The notes below the pieces were generated by a model. The model made no database searches and was not told the DNA's origin. It was given only the letters and a program-made list of their open reading frames with translations. DNA of 64,000 nucleotides from Firmicutes bacterium UBA3936. Its GTDB lineage: Bacteria > Bacillota > Dethiobacteria > Dethiobacterales > Dethiobacteraceae. Both the position numbers and the translations under genes were made by a program. Within the stretch, counting starts at the first letter, position 1; every line of letters begins with the position of its first letter. Shown here one piece after another: positions 8,306-17,529 of the stretch. Location of the stretch: positions 14,172 through 78,171 of the forward strand of contig DGEC01000041.1 in assembly GCA_002385745.1 (NCBI GenBank), given 5' to 3'.

Positions 8306-9928
8306 GTGAAACTGAACATCGGTATAATTGCCGAGGCGCTCACACCGTCTCTGCAGTACATCTGCGGCACACCGGAGCACAGGCTGCTTTTAAGCGATGT
8401 CCGTTTTCTTCTTCCTGAGAAGAAACCGTATCAAAGGGACATGCTGTATTTTACCGAATGGTCTAAACTAAAGACCATGGAAACCGATCTTCCCCCCTAC
8501 CTTGTCTGCGTCGGCGGCGGCGCTGAAGCTTTGAGATTATTCCGGCGCGCCGGCTTGACGGGTATTATTATGGATGAGGAAGACCCGCTGGTTGTTTTTA
8601 GCGCCATCCAAAGCATTTTCCATAAATATAACCAGATGGAAAGCAATCTTCTTGCGGCCTTGCGGGCAAAAGCAACGACGCGGGAAATCATGAACCTGTG
8701 TGCGGATATTTTCCAAAACCATGTCATTCTTTACGACACGGACCGCAACCTGATTGATTACAGCACCCGCTTCGCCCCGGACCCTGAAGAGCCCTATTGG
8801 AAGGAAACCCTTGAGACGGGCCGGCGGTCAGAGAAGCTCATGGCAGAAGTCCGGAAACACGGCACCAACCTGCAAGCTATCAGGACGAAATACTCCGACT
8901 ATGTTGATCTCGGCCCCGGTCTTCCGAAGCTTATTATGTACCATCTTTTTGAAAACGGGGAACGCCTGTCGACACTGACGATTTCTGAAACGAACAAGCC
9001 CCTGTCCACCTGCCACCTTCAGTTGCTTGACTACATTGCGGAACTGCTTTCCCCAAGCTTGCTTGCCATTAGTACCACCTCTCACGGAAGTCTTAAAGGC
9101 CTGCGCGACATACTCACTTCTCTACTGGACAGAGAGCCCGTTGACCCCCTTTTGCTGTCGCGCCTCCTTTCAACGGCGGGCTGGAGTGCAGGCGATGACT
9201 TTATTCTCCTGCTCATCAGATTCCCCAAAGCAGCCGTAACCTCCGAGATGCTTGCAAGGTACCGGCATATCTATGAACGGATATTCCCTGACTCCGTTGC
9301 ACTTGTGTATATCGATTCTCTCGTACTGCTGGTACATAACGATACAGCCGAAATTATGTCCAAATACCTGCCCCGGCTGGAAAACCAGCTTGTCCAGCAC
9401 AAAGCACGCTGCGGGCTAAGCTTCCCTTTTAAAGGTGTGTTCCAGCTCGATGCACAGTATAAAAACGCCGAAATAGCGCTGCGCTCAAACGCTGCGGGCG
9501 GGAACATCCGCTTGCTGAGTCAAGCCATAACTGAGCATATTATCGGTCAGATTGCTTCGGAAACGCCGCTTTTCCCGCTCTGCCACCGTGAAGCGGTCCG
9601 CCTTTACGAGTATGATATGGAAAACGGGACCGACTTGCTTTTGACTCTGGAAACCTATCTCAGACAGAATAAAAGCCTGAAGGCAGCTGCAGCAGAACTA
9701 TTTATCCACCGCAGCACGATGACCTACAGGCTTGGCTGCATTAAAAAGCTCGTTAATATGAACCTTGAAAATGCCGACGAGCGCCTGCACATTTTACTTT
9801 CGTGCATAGTCCTCAGGACGCTCGGCAGGATGAAGCAGGCCGCACAGCCTGTGCGCAGTATACAGCGCCAGCGGCTTGCCCGCTTTAAAGCGCGAAAGCC
9901 TTTCTCTTCCCGGGGAAAAATGGTATAA
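8306..9928 (+). CDS. PucR-family transcriptional regulator
   Basis: GTG start after GGGAGAG. C-terminal PucR-type HTH: LETYLRQNKSLKAAAAELFIHRSTMTYRLGCIKKLV. Confidence 0.75.
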   Translation: MKLNIGIIAEALTPSLQYICGTPEHRLLLSDVRFLLPEKKPYQRDMLYFTEWSKLKTMETDLPPYLVCVGGGAEALRLFRRAGLTGIIMDEEDPLVVFSAIQSIFHKYNQMESNLLAALRAKATTREIMNLCADIFQNHVILYDTDRNLIDYSTRFAPDPEEPYWKETLETGRRSEKLMAEVRKHGTNLQAIRTKYSDYVDLGPGLPKLIMYHLFENGERLSTLTISETNKPLSTCHLQLLDYIAELLSPSLLAISTTSHGSLKGLRDILTSLLDREPVDPLLLSRLLSTAGWSAGDDFILLLIRFPKAAVTSEMLARYRHIYERIFPDSVALVYIDSLVLLVHNDTAEIMSKYLPRLENQLVQHKARCGLSFPFKGVFQLDAQYKNAEIALRSNAAGGNIRLLSQAITEHIIGQIASETPLFPLCHREAVRLYEYDMENGTDLLLTLETYLRQNKSLKAAAAELFIHRSTMTYRLGCIKKLVNMNLENADERLHILLSCIVLRTLGRMKQAAQPVRSIQRQRLARFKARKPFSSRGKMV

Positions 9929-9958
9929 TAGAACACAGCACACAAGAGGGAGAATAAA

Positions 9959-10555
9959 ATGTCTGCACAACCGACAAAACGCCAGCTACAGGCGCAAAAA
10001 ACACAGGATAAAATATATAATGTCGCCGTCAGCCTGATGCAGAAAAAAGGCTTTGACAATATCACCATTGAAGAAATCTGCAAAAAAGCCGGCGTATCCA
10101 TTGGTTCTTTCTACAACTGTTTCAAATCAAAATATGATGTTCTGCACGCCATTTTCGGAGAAGCGGACAATTACTTTCTCAATACCGTTACCGGCCGGCT
10201 GCAGACAAAAGATAATGCCCACGATAAAATTCTGCTTTTTTTCCGGCATTACGGGCATTACAACACCTCCTGCGGCGTGGATTTTGTCAAACATCTGTTT
10301 AATACGCAAAACAAAATGTTTGTTGCCAAAGGCAGGAACATGCAAAGTGTCCTGCAGCAGGTAATTATCGCCGGACAAAAAAGGAAAGAGATCCGTGCTG
10401 ACATGAAGGCGGAAGAAATTGTCCGCTGTCTTTTTATTGCCGCCCGGGGGGTTGTGCATGACTGGTGCCAGCATGACGGCTCATACAACCTCAGCGATTA
10501 TTTGGTAAATTATATGGAATTGCTGCTTGCCGGAATTCTTACCGGAAATTCCTAA
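9959..10555 (+). CDS. TetR/AcrR-family transcriptional regulator
   Basis: N-terminal HTH: FDNITIEEICKKAGVSIGSFYNCFKSKYDVL. Confidence 0.85.
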   Translation: MSAQPTKRQLQAQKTQDKIYNVAVSLMQKKGFDNITIEEICKKAGVSIGSFYNCFKSKYDVLHAIFGEADNYFLNTVTGRLQTKDNAHDKILLFFRHYGHYNTSCGVDFVKHLFNTQNKMFVAKGRNMQSVLQQVIIAGQKRKEIRADMKAEEIVRCLFIAARGVVHDWCQHDGSYNLSDYLVNYMELLLAGILTGNS

Positions 10556-10572
10556 TATTTTACAGTAAACTG

Positions 10573-10597
10573 CCCGCACTCAATGTGCGGGTTTTTT
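10573..10597 (+). terminator. rho-independent terminator
   Basis: CCCGCAC-tcaat-GTGCGGG followed by TTTTTT. Confidence 0.8.
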
Positions 10598-10623
10598 ATT
10601 GCACTGTAAATACACAGGTCCGG

Positions 10624-12168
10624 CTAATCCTGCCGCTCTATTTTCTTTAATTTTTTCACGGCAGGCCCGGTTATGATATCGCCCTCGCAGGTAAATCTGG
10701 AGCCGTGGCAGGGGCAGTCCCATGACCTTTCCGCCACATTCCAGGAAAGTTCACATCCCAGATGGGTGCAGGTGGTATCAACAAGATGCAATGTGCCCTC
10801 TTCGTCACGGAAAGCCCCGGTTTTTTGACCGTTTAGCATAATTACCTTGCCTTCACCGGGCTTTATTTCAATATTGTCGTCAGCCTGATTAAGCTTGCCC
10901 TTTATCAGTTCGGCGGCAACATTCAAGTTTTCCACTACAAATGTCTTTGCCGATGCTGCAACAGTCTGGCGTGAAGGATTGTAAACATACTGCCAGGGGC
11001 TTTCATTTTTTATGATTAAATCCCGGACTATCATGGCTGAGGCCATGCTGTTGGTCATTCCCCATTTCCCAAAACCGGTCACTAAAAACAAGTTCGGCGT
11101 CGACGGCAGGAAATGCCCGACATAGGGCACACCGTCCAGGGTCATGCAATCCTGTGTTGACCAGCGGTAACATACTTCAGCACCGGAAAATGTCCCGGCT
11201 GCATAATCCGCAAGAACAGCATAGTGCTTGCGTGTATCTTCTCCCTGCCCTGTTTTGTGATGTTCCCCGCCCACCAGCACCAGTTCCCCTTCTTCCGCAG
11301 GCTGAAAACGGAAGGAACGGCCGGGTTCTTCAGCCGTGATATACATGCCGCCGGGGTAGGGCTCCGGTGTTTTAACTGCTACAACATAGGAACGTTCAGT
11401 ATAAATCCTGGAAAAGTATAAACCTGCCTTGTTGTAACAGGGATACTGCGTGGCAATAACAACCTTTTGCGCCTTTACCCTTCTACCGTCCGCCGTTTTC
11501 AAAACAAAGCTCTCTTTTTTATCTTCATCATCAATATCCACAATCCGGCTCTGCTCAAAAACATAGCTGCCCCGGCCGGGAATTTTAGCAGCCAAAGTCA
11601 GCACGTACTTCAGCGGGTGAAACTGGGCCTGCCCCTCATAGCAAAGTGCCGCTTTGCAGTCAAGAGGAAGGTCGATTTTGTCTATAACAGACGCCCGGAT
11701 GCCTAAGGAAGAAGCAAGTTTTGCCTCCTCCTCCAGCTTTTTTATATAGCCGTCCCGCTTTGTATACACATAGGCATTCTGCCGAGAAAAGTCGCAGCCA
11801 ATTTGCAGCCGGTTAACAAGCTCCTCGATTTCCCGGATTGCCGTTTCATTGGCATCGGCATACTGCTCTGCCGCCTCCGTACCCATGGCCTGCTTGATCT
11901 TGCTGTAAATGAGCTGGTGCTGTGAGGTTATTTTCGCCGTAGTATGCCCCGTAGCACCTCCGGCAAGGCGGTCCGCTTCAATAACGGCAACGGAAAGACC
12001 GGCTTCTTTCAGCAAATAGCCGCAGGTTATTCCGGCAATCCCGCCGCCGATTATACCCACATCTACGGCAACCTCTTCCTCCAGCGCGGGATAATCGCCG
12101 GGTCTTGCAGTTGCCAGCCAGTAAGATTGCGGCGGGCCAGTAAAACGTTCCTCATGAACTTCGCTCAT
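10624..12168 (-). CDS. FAD-dependent oxidoreductase fused to a C-terminal Rieske [2Fe-2S] domain (YhfW-like)
   Basis: N-terminal dinucleotide fold VGIIGGGIAGITCG. C-terminal CTHLGC...CPCHGSRF Rieske motif. Confidence 0.8.
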   Translation of the reverse strand: MSEVHEERFTGPPQSYWLATARPGDYPALEEEVAVDVGIIGGGIAGITCGYLLKEAGLSVAVIEADRLAGGATGHTTAKITSQHQLIYSKIKQAMGTEAAEQYADANETAIREIEELVNRLQIGCDFSRQNAYVYTKRDGYIKKLEEEAKLASSLGIRASVIDKIDLPLDCKAALCYEGQAQFHPLKYVLTLAAKIPGRGSYVFEQSRIVDIDDEDKKESFVLKTADGRRVKAQKVVIATQYPCYNKAGLYFSRIYTERSYVVAVKTPEPYPGGMYITAEEPGRSFRFQPAEEGELVLVGGEHHKTGQGEDTRKHYAVLADYAAGTFSGAEVCYRWSTQDCMTLDGVPYVGHFLPSTPNLFLVTGFGKWGMTNSMASAMIVRDLIIKNESPWQYVYNPSRQTVAASAKTFVVENLNVAAELIKGKLNQADDNIEIKPGEGKVIMLNGQKTGAFRDEEGTLHLVDTTCTHLGCELSWNVAERSWDCPCHGSRFTCEGDIITGPAVKKLKKIERQD

Positions 12169-12300
12169 GATTATTCTCTCCTTTCAGGATGCAATTTTCC
12201 ATAAAGCTTAATTTTAATTATTAGTCTGTCCGCCACTATACACTGAATATGTAAAATTAAGTTCTGGCTTTATCTGCATGAAGTTCCCGTATTTTGCAGG

Positions 12301-12325
12301 CAAAAAAAAAGAGGCGGTCCGCCTC
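12301..12325 (-). terminator. rho-independent terminator
   Basis: The minus strand reads GAGGCGGACCGCCTC followed by TTTTTTTTT. Confidence 0.75.
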
Positions 12326-12356
12326 CTTCTCCCGGCTGTTTCCGGCCGGTGTCTCT

Positions 12357-12842
12357 CTAGATCTTTGTGCGCAAACCGCGGTGGTCGATAATAAACATCA
12401 GTATTATCAGACCCAGGGCCGCATTAATGTAAACGTCCTTTAAATCAAAGGTGAAAAACCCCCGCAGCAGGATATAATCCAGGCTTCCGTTCCAGAAAAC
12501 CTTGTCAATTAAGGAGCAGACTCCTCCGGACAACAATAAAACAAAGGCCGCATTGATCAAAAAAGAACTTCCAAACCTATTTTTAATATAAATATAGCCG
12601 GCTAAAACAATAATAATCACCAAGATAACGACGGCAATATGGACCGTTCTGCCGAGGCCCAACTGCAGCATTGAATTAATCCAGGAATAATCCCGGTTAA
12701 AAAGAGGCCTGAAAAAGACAAAAGATGCTATAAGCGGGGTATTTGCCTCCAGAAAAAAGCGGTTAACAACAATTTTTATCCCCTGTTCAAGGGCAATCAG
12801 CAAAATTACAGCCACGGCGAGAATTATATTATGCTTTTTCAT
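12357..12842 (-). CDS. divergent signal peptidase II (LspA)-like membrane protein
   Basis: 161 aa, 4 TM. GGVCSLIDKVF...FTFDLKDVYINAALG aligns with LspA GxxGNxxDR...FNxAD. FNRDYSW sits in place of the NxGAAF block. Confidence 0.5.
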   Translation of the reverse strand: MKKHNIILAVAVILLIALEQGIKIVVNRFFLEANTPLIASFVFFRPLFNRDYSWINSMLQLGLGRTVHIAVVILVIIIVLAGYIYIKNRFGSSFLINAAFVLLLSGGVCSLIDKVFWNGSLDYILLRGFFTFDLKDVYINAALGLIILMFIIDHRGLRTKI

Positions 12843-12865
12843 ATCTTTCCTTTCGCCCTGTTTTA

Positions 12866-12897
12866 TTAAACAAAAGGCCTCCCTCGCGGAGGCCTTG
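12866..12897 (-). terminator. rho-independent terminator
   Basis: AAGGCCTCC-gcgag-GGAGGCCTT followed by TTTGTTT on the minus strand. Confidence 0.7.
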
Positions 12898-12899
12898 CT

Positions 12900-13868
12900 T
12901 TAGAGCATTTTTTTTATTTGAGCACAAATGCCGGCCCCGTCGTAGCCATAGTAGGCATACAGGTCTTCGGGATCGCCAAGTTCAGCAAAAACATCGGGTA
13001 TTCCCAGCCGCTTAAACTTGCAGGGTATCCCGGACTCCAGCACTGCTTCCGCCACGGCGGCACCCAGCCCGCCAATGATATTATGGTCTTCCACGGTAAT
13101 AATGAGGCCCGTTTCCCTGGCTGCCTTCTCCAAAGTTTCCGTATCGAGCGGTTTTATGGTATGCATATCGATGACCCGGACACTTATTCCCTCTTTTTCC
13201 AGCCGCTGGGCCGCCACCAGTCCGTTATAAACCCCGATGCCGGCTCCCACTATGGTGGCATCACTGCCTTCCTTGGCAATTATAGCTTTGCCTATCCGGT
13301 AATCATAATCATCAGTGCTGTAAACAAGCGGCTCTTCGCCCCTGGCTACCCGGATATACATGGGCCCGGGGTAGGTCAGGGAAGCTTCAATCAGTTTTAC
13401 ACACTGGTTGGCATCGGCCGGCGCTACCATGGTCATATTGGGAATAGAACGCATGATGGCGTAGTCACAGACGGTATAGTGGGTCGGCCCTCCCCCCGAG
13501 GTTAGGCCGCCGTGGGTGCCGATAACCCTGACCGGCACATCATTATAAGCCATGTCAGTATGAATCTGGTCGGTAGCCCGGACAGACAAAAAAGGCCCGA
13601 AAGCATTGACAAAGGGTATTTTCCCGCACAAAGCCAGCCCCGCGGCAATGCCGATGGCATTGGGTTCTGCTATTCCAACTTCTATAAACTGTTCGGGATA
13701 GCGTTTGCGGAATTCATCCTGCTTGCTGCCCTTGGGCGCACCATCGGCACAGATGTAAACAATATCTTTATTTGTTTCAGCAAGCTCCAGCAGTTTAAGC
13801 ATAAACAGATCCCTGGCCGAAGCCTTGGAAAGCATTTCGGCAAAATCCCATGTAATTCTGTCTGGCAT
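12900..13868 (-). CDS. transketolase, C-terminal (pyrimidine-binding) subunit
   Basis: Track ORF 12900-13901. The start is moved to ATG 13868 (MPDRITWDF...), 7 nt after AGGAGG. Typical split-Tkt B subunit sequence (GIAEPNAIGIAAGLA...). Confidence 0.85.
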   Translation of the reverse strand: MPDRITWDFAEMLSKASARDLFMLKLLELAETNKDIVYICADGAPKGSKQDEFRKRYPEQFIEVGIAEPNAIGIAAGLALCGKIPFVNAFGPFLSVRATDQIHTDMAYNDVPVRVIGTHGGLTSGGGPTHYTVCDYAIMRSIPNMTMVAPADANQCVKLIEASLTYPGPMYIRVARGEEPLVYSTDDYDYRIGKAIIAKEGSDATIVGAGIGVYNGLVAAQRLEKEGISVRVIDMHTIKPLDTETLEKAARETGLIITVEDHNIIGGLGAAVAEAVLESGIPCKFKRLGIPDVFAELGDPEDLYAYYGYDGAGICAQIKKML

Positions 13869-13872
13869 TGCC

Positions 13873-14739
13873 CTACCTCCTGACCTTTCTGGATTGCTCA
13901 ATTAATCTCAGGCATTCATCCTTTTTTTCAGCGCTGAGGCCGCCCGCATGCCATTTCGGTTCATTTTCCATAAAGGCTACTCCTTTGCCCTTTACGGTAT
14001 TCAGGATAATACAAATGGGCCTGCGCGGCGTTACCGGATCAACGGGCGGCAGGGACCCGAGCACATCCACAATCTGCTCCATGTCATTGCCGTCCTCAAC
14101 ATTAATAACATCCCAGCCGAATGCTTCCCATTTGTCTGCCAGCGGCTCCAGCCTGACCGTCTCTTCAGTCCAGCCGTTGCCCTGAATTTTGTTCCTGTCC
14201 ACGATGGCAACCAGGTTGCCGAACCGGTGGTGGCCGGCAAACATTATGGCTTCCCAGTTGGAGCCTTCGTTTAATTCCCCGTCGCCGGTAATGCAGTAAA
14301 CACGCCAATTAGCCCTGTCCATCCGGCCGCTGAAGGCAAAGCCCACAGCCAGGGACAGGCCGTGGCCCAGGGAACCTGTAGAAGCCTCAAAACCCTCAAT
14401 ATATTTACGGTTGGGGTGCTGGCCGAATCTACCGCCAATCCGGTTATAGCCGTTATAAAGTTCCTCCTTGGTGTACATCCCCAAATCGGCAAAAATATTG
14501 TAAAACAAGCAGCCGCAATGCCCTTTACTGAGAATCAGGCGGTCCCGGTCGGGGTCCTTTGGATTCTGCGGATCAAAACGCAAAAAGTGATAATAAAGTG
14601 CTACCGCTACATCGCACAGGGAAAGAGAACCGCCCAGGTGGGCATGTCCTATGGCATAGGTCATTTCAATTAACTGCTTGCGGATGTCAACGGCTTTTTC
14701 TTCCAGTCTGGCAACCAATTCCAAATCAGGCTTTCCCAT
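13873..14739 (-). CDS. transketolase, N-terminal (TPP-binding) subunit
   Basis: 288 aa. HLGGSLS, LSKGH and GSLGHGLSLAVG...GDGELNEGSNWEA are TPP-binding motifs. Confidence 0.85.
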   Translation of the reverse strand: MGKPDLELVARLEEKAVDIRKQLIEMTYAIGHAHLGGSLSLCDVAVALYYHFLRFDPQNPKDPDRDRLILSKGHCGCLFYNIFADLGMYTKEELYNGYNRIGGRFGQHPNRKYIEGFEASTGSLGHGLSLAVGFAFSGRMDRANWRVYCITGDGELNEGSNWEAIMFAGHHRFGNLVAIVDRNKIQGNGWTEETVRLEPLADKWEAFGWDVINVEDGNDMEQIVDVLGSLPPVDPVTPRRPICIILNTVKGKGVAFMENEPKWHAGGLSAEKKDECLRLIEQSRKVRR

Positions 14740-14830
14740 TTTCCGCCCTCCGTTTTCCCGTGCCCAAAACAGGCACTTATTTGTTAATCTTAATTTCGGC
14801 AGACACAGCCGTTATTCCTTTCTTGTCTTC

Positions 14831-15919
14831 TCAGACAAAACCCGGTAAATACTCTCTCTTCCGCTTTCTTTTTTTCATCACAATCATATCATAAAAGGCT
14901 TCCAGGCGGGTAATAAAACCGGTTTTTTCGGTATGTGTATCAAAGCTGAGAAAAAGGATGGGAATTTGATAGTCGCGGCTGATGTTCTGCAAAACGGGCA
15001 TGGCGTCTACTTCCGGGGTACAGCCGAATGACTTGACATGTATGATGCCGTCATAACCCATTTTGGCCATCCTCAAAGCCCTGCTGATAGTGGCCATGCT
15101 GGTAGCTCCCATGGCATAACTGGTATATGGCTTGACTTTTTCTTTTATTTCTTTAGGCGCATGCAGCAGCGTATTCGTAACATTCAGCCAGCGGTCTACA
15201 ACAATACCCTTGGCAGCCAGTTCTTTCTCAATAAAATGATTGCTGAAGGGTTCCATAATTGTATAGTACTCACCCACAATGCCGACACGCAGTGGGTTTG
15301 GCGGGCTTTGGACCTCAATATCCTGAAAGCGCTTTTTATAGTCCCTGTACAGGATATCCAGATCCCTGCGGCTGCGCACATTCCGCAAATCCCGCAAAAA
15401 CTCCCGGTGTGTTTTTTCAAACAAATCTTGGTCTGCCGCAAATCCCACGTTCTTGCGGATATAATCCTCCACTTTATCCATACATTCCACCATTCTCACA
15501 GCCAGGGGCAGAACCCGGGCAATTCGCCCAAGGGATGCCTGCGGGTTAAACTGTTTCAGCCGCAGGTAAACGGAAAGGGGGTCCAGTTTTTTCATGCCGG
15601 CAAGATTGATAAAATTTACTTTATAGCCCAGATCGGCTAAAATCAGTTCCTGCAATTCCCCGTAATAATCCAGCCGGCAAGATCCGGCTACCTGAACAAG
15701 CGTGTCGGCTCCCGCTTCAATAGCTTCTATGAAGTTCCCCAACGTGTATTTAAAAGGAGCACAAACAAACTCCGGACTGTGGCGGCTGCCTATCTCCAGT
15801 GTTTTGCTGCTGATTGGCGGTGGAACAATGTATTCAATATCAAAACCCAGAGTAAACAGGACAGAGAGCGGAATGTGGTAATTGCCCAGATGCGGTAAAC
15901 TGACTTTACACACAGCCAT
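14831..15919 (-). CDS. 2-hydroxyacyl-CoA dehydratase (HgdB/D-component)-like protein, function unknown
   Basis: Track ORF 14831-15976. The start is moved to ATG 15919 (MAVCKVSLPHLGNY), 9 nt after GGAGG. Conserved Cys contexts FVCAPFKY, GSCRLDYYG and KSFGCTPE. Confidence 0.55.
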   Translation of the reverse strand: MAVCKVSLPHLGNYHIPLSVLFTLGFDIEYIVPPPISSKTLEIGSRHSPEFVCAPFKYTLGNFIEAIEAGADTLVQVAGSCRLDYYGELQELILADLGYKVNFINLAGMKKLDPLSVYLRLKQFNPQASLGRIARVLPLAVRMVECMDKVEDYIRKNVGFAADQDLFEKTHREFLRDLRNVRSRRDLDILYRDYKKRFQDIEVQSPPNPLRVGIVGEYYTIMEPFSNHFIEKELAAKGIVVDRWLNVTNTLLHAPKEIKEKVKPYTSYAMGATSMATISRALRMAKMGYDGIIHVKSFGCTPEVDAMPVLQNISRDYQIPILFLSFDTHTEKTGFITRLEAFYDMIVMKKRKRKREYLPGFV

Positions 15920-16835
15920 AATCCCGAGCCTCCTGAAAGCGAATGATATCAAGGAAGCTTTCCAGGCGCGTCTCAATTCCCGCCATGCCCCGGTGCCCGT
16001 CCATAATTAACGTCAGAACCGGCTTGTCCTTTATCTTTCTGGTCAGCATTTCATTGACCAAAGAATCAGGCCCGCAGGGAAAGGCGCTTAAAAGAATGAT
16101 CCCGTCAACATGCCGTCGGTAGATGGCTACGGAACCTACCAGCTCCTTGCTCAACGCCCAGGGCAGGGTCTCGCTTAATGAAGATGCCCTGGCCACTGCT
16201 TCCTTCTTCGGCGCTATGTCAGCAATAATGGGCAGTGCCCCCATTTCCCGCAGCCGGTTAAGAATGGGTTCGCCGATGAATTTGTCGCAGACATTGTAGC
16301 GGTGCGCCACCACTAAAATCTTCATCCCGTCCCGGCTAAGCAGCCTCTCCTGCTGTTCCAACTCTTCCCTTTGGGCTTTTTTTTGGGCCTGCTTTGCCGC
16401 CAGGTAAGCCAGGATGCTTTCGGCATTTTTCCGTCCCAGTGCCTTGCTCAGGCGGATAAAGGCCGCCATTTCTCCGTCTGCCGTCCTGGGCTCAATATTG
16501 CAGCATAAAAGTCTTGCGCGCCGTTTGCGAAATGTATTGGCCACCACATCATAAATAGCCTGGTATTTGCTGCAAACCGTGCCTGCGCCGTATCTTGAAA
16601 TGCGGGGAATAAGAAGATAATCGCATTTATCCAGCAGCCAGGCCACATGTCCCAGGTAAATTTTGGACGATAGGCAGGCTTCGTCAATGGCATGCATTGA
16701 TCCCGCTCTCACGAGATCGTTTTGCGTTTCAGGGCTTAATATAAATTCAATTCCAAGCTCCCTAAAGAAAGTCTCCCACAACTCCTTGTACCTGTAATAT
16801 AAAAAAGCTCTCGGAATCCCAATCTTCACCGCCAA
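15906..16835 (-). CDS. DUF2229 / CoA-enzyme-activase-associated domain protein (dehydratase-like partner)
   Basis: 309 aa. KIGIPRAFLYYRYKELWETFFRELGIEFILS and SAFPCGPDS resemble the DUF2229 module normally fused to or next to BcrAD/BadFG ATPases. Confidence 0.55.
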   Translation of the reverse strand: MAVKIGIPRAFLYYRYKELWETFFRELGIEFILSPETQNDLVRAGSMHAIDEACLSSKIYLGHVAWLLDKCDYLLIPRISRYGAGTVCSKYQAIYDVVANTFRKRRARLLCCNIEPRTADGEMAAFIRLSKALGRKNAESILAYLAAKQAQKKAQREELEQQERLLSRDGMKILVVAHRYNVCDKFIGEPILNRLREMGALPIIADIAPKKEAVARASSLSETLPWALSKELVGSVAIYRRHVDGIILLSAFPCGPDSLVNEMLTRKIKDKPVLTLIMDGHRGMAGIETRLESFLDIIRFQEARDYGCV

Positions 16836-17012
16836 TACCTCCTTTTGAGGGTACCGGTTGATAAGAAGCCGGCAAATCCATGGCTTTTCGCAAGTCCAAA
16901 GGCCGCTTTGGCAATTTATTACACAAATGCGGATTGCCTTAAGAGTATATCAATGATAACATGAATAACGAAGAATGTTCAGCGCAAAAAAGCTCAAAGA
17001 AGGTGATGGAAT

Positions 17013-17528
17013 TTGGCCAGGGCACTGCTTGTCATTGACATGTTAAGGGATTTTTTGGATGAAGACGGCGCTTTAAGCATCGGGGATGCAAGACAAATTA
17101 TTCGCAACGTAGCCAAGAGGACAGAAGAATGGCGTTCCAGCGGAAATCCTGTTATCTACATTCTGGACAGACACCTGCCTGATGATGCGGAATTTAAAAT
17201 GTTCCCGCCTCACTGCCTGGCGGGAGAGCGGGGCGGAGAGGTTGTGGATGAACTGGCCCCGCGGGAAGGAGACATCAGAATCTACAAGCGGCGTTACAGC
17301 GCTTTTTTCGGCACCGATTTGGATCTGACCCTCAGGGAGCTTGGAGTAACCGAAGTGGAACTGGCCGGCGTCTGCACCCAAATCTGTGTCCTTTACACGG
17401 CTGCCGATGCCAGCATGTTAAATTACGAGGTGACGGTAAGGAGAGAATGTGTGGCTTCCTTTGACGAAAAGGCCCATGAATTTGCCCTGCAGGAAATGGA
17501 AAAAACCCTTGGGGTAAAAGTGCTCTAA
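17013..17528 (+). CDS. isochorismatase-family cysteine hydrolase (nicotinamidase-like)
   Basis: TTG start. ALLVIDMLRDF, K..YSAFF, and the catalytic Cys context GVCTQICV. Confidence 0.75.
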   Translation: MARALLVIDMLRDFLDEDGALSIGDARQIIRNVAKRTEEWRSSGNPVIYILDRHLPDDAEFKMFPPHCLAGERGGEVVDELAPREGDIRIYKRRYSAFFGTDLDLTLRELGVTEVELAGVCTQICVLYTAADASMLNYEVTVRRECVASFDEKAHEFALQEMEKTLGVKVL

Positions 17529-17529
17529 A

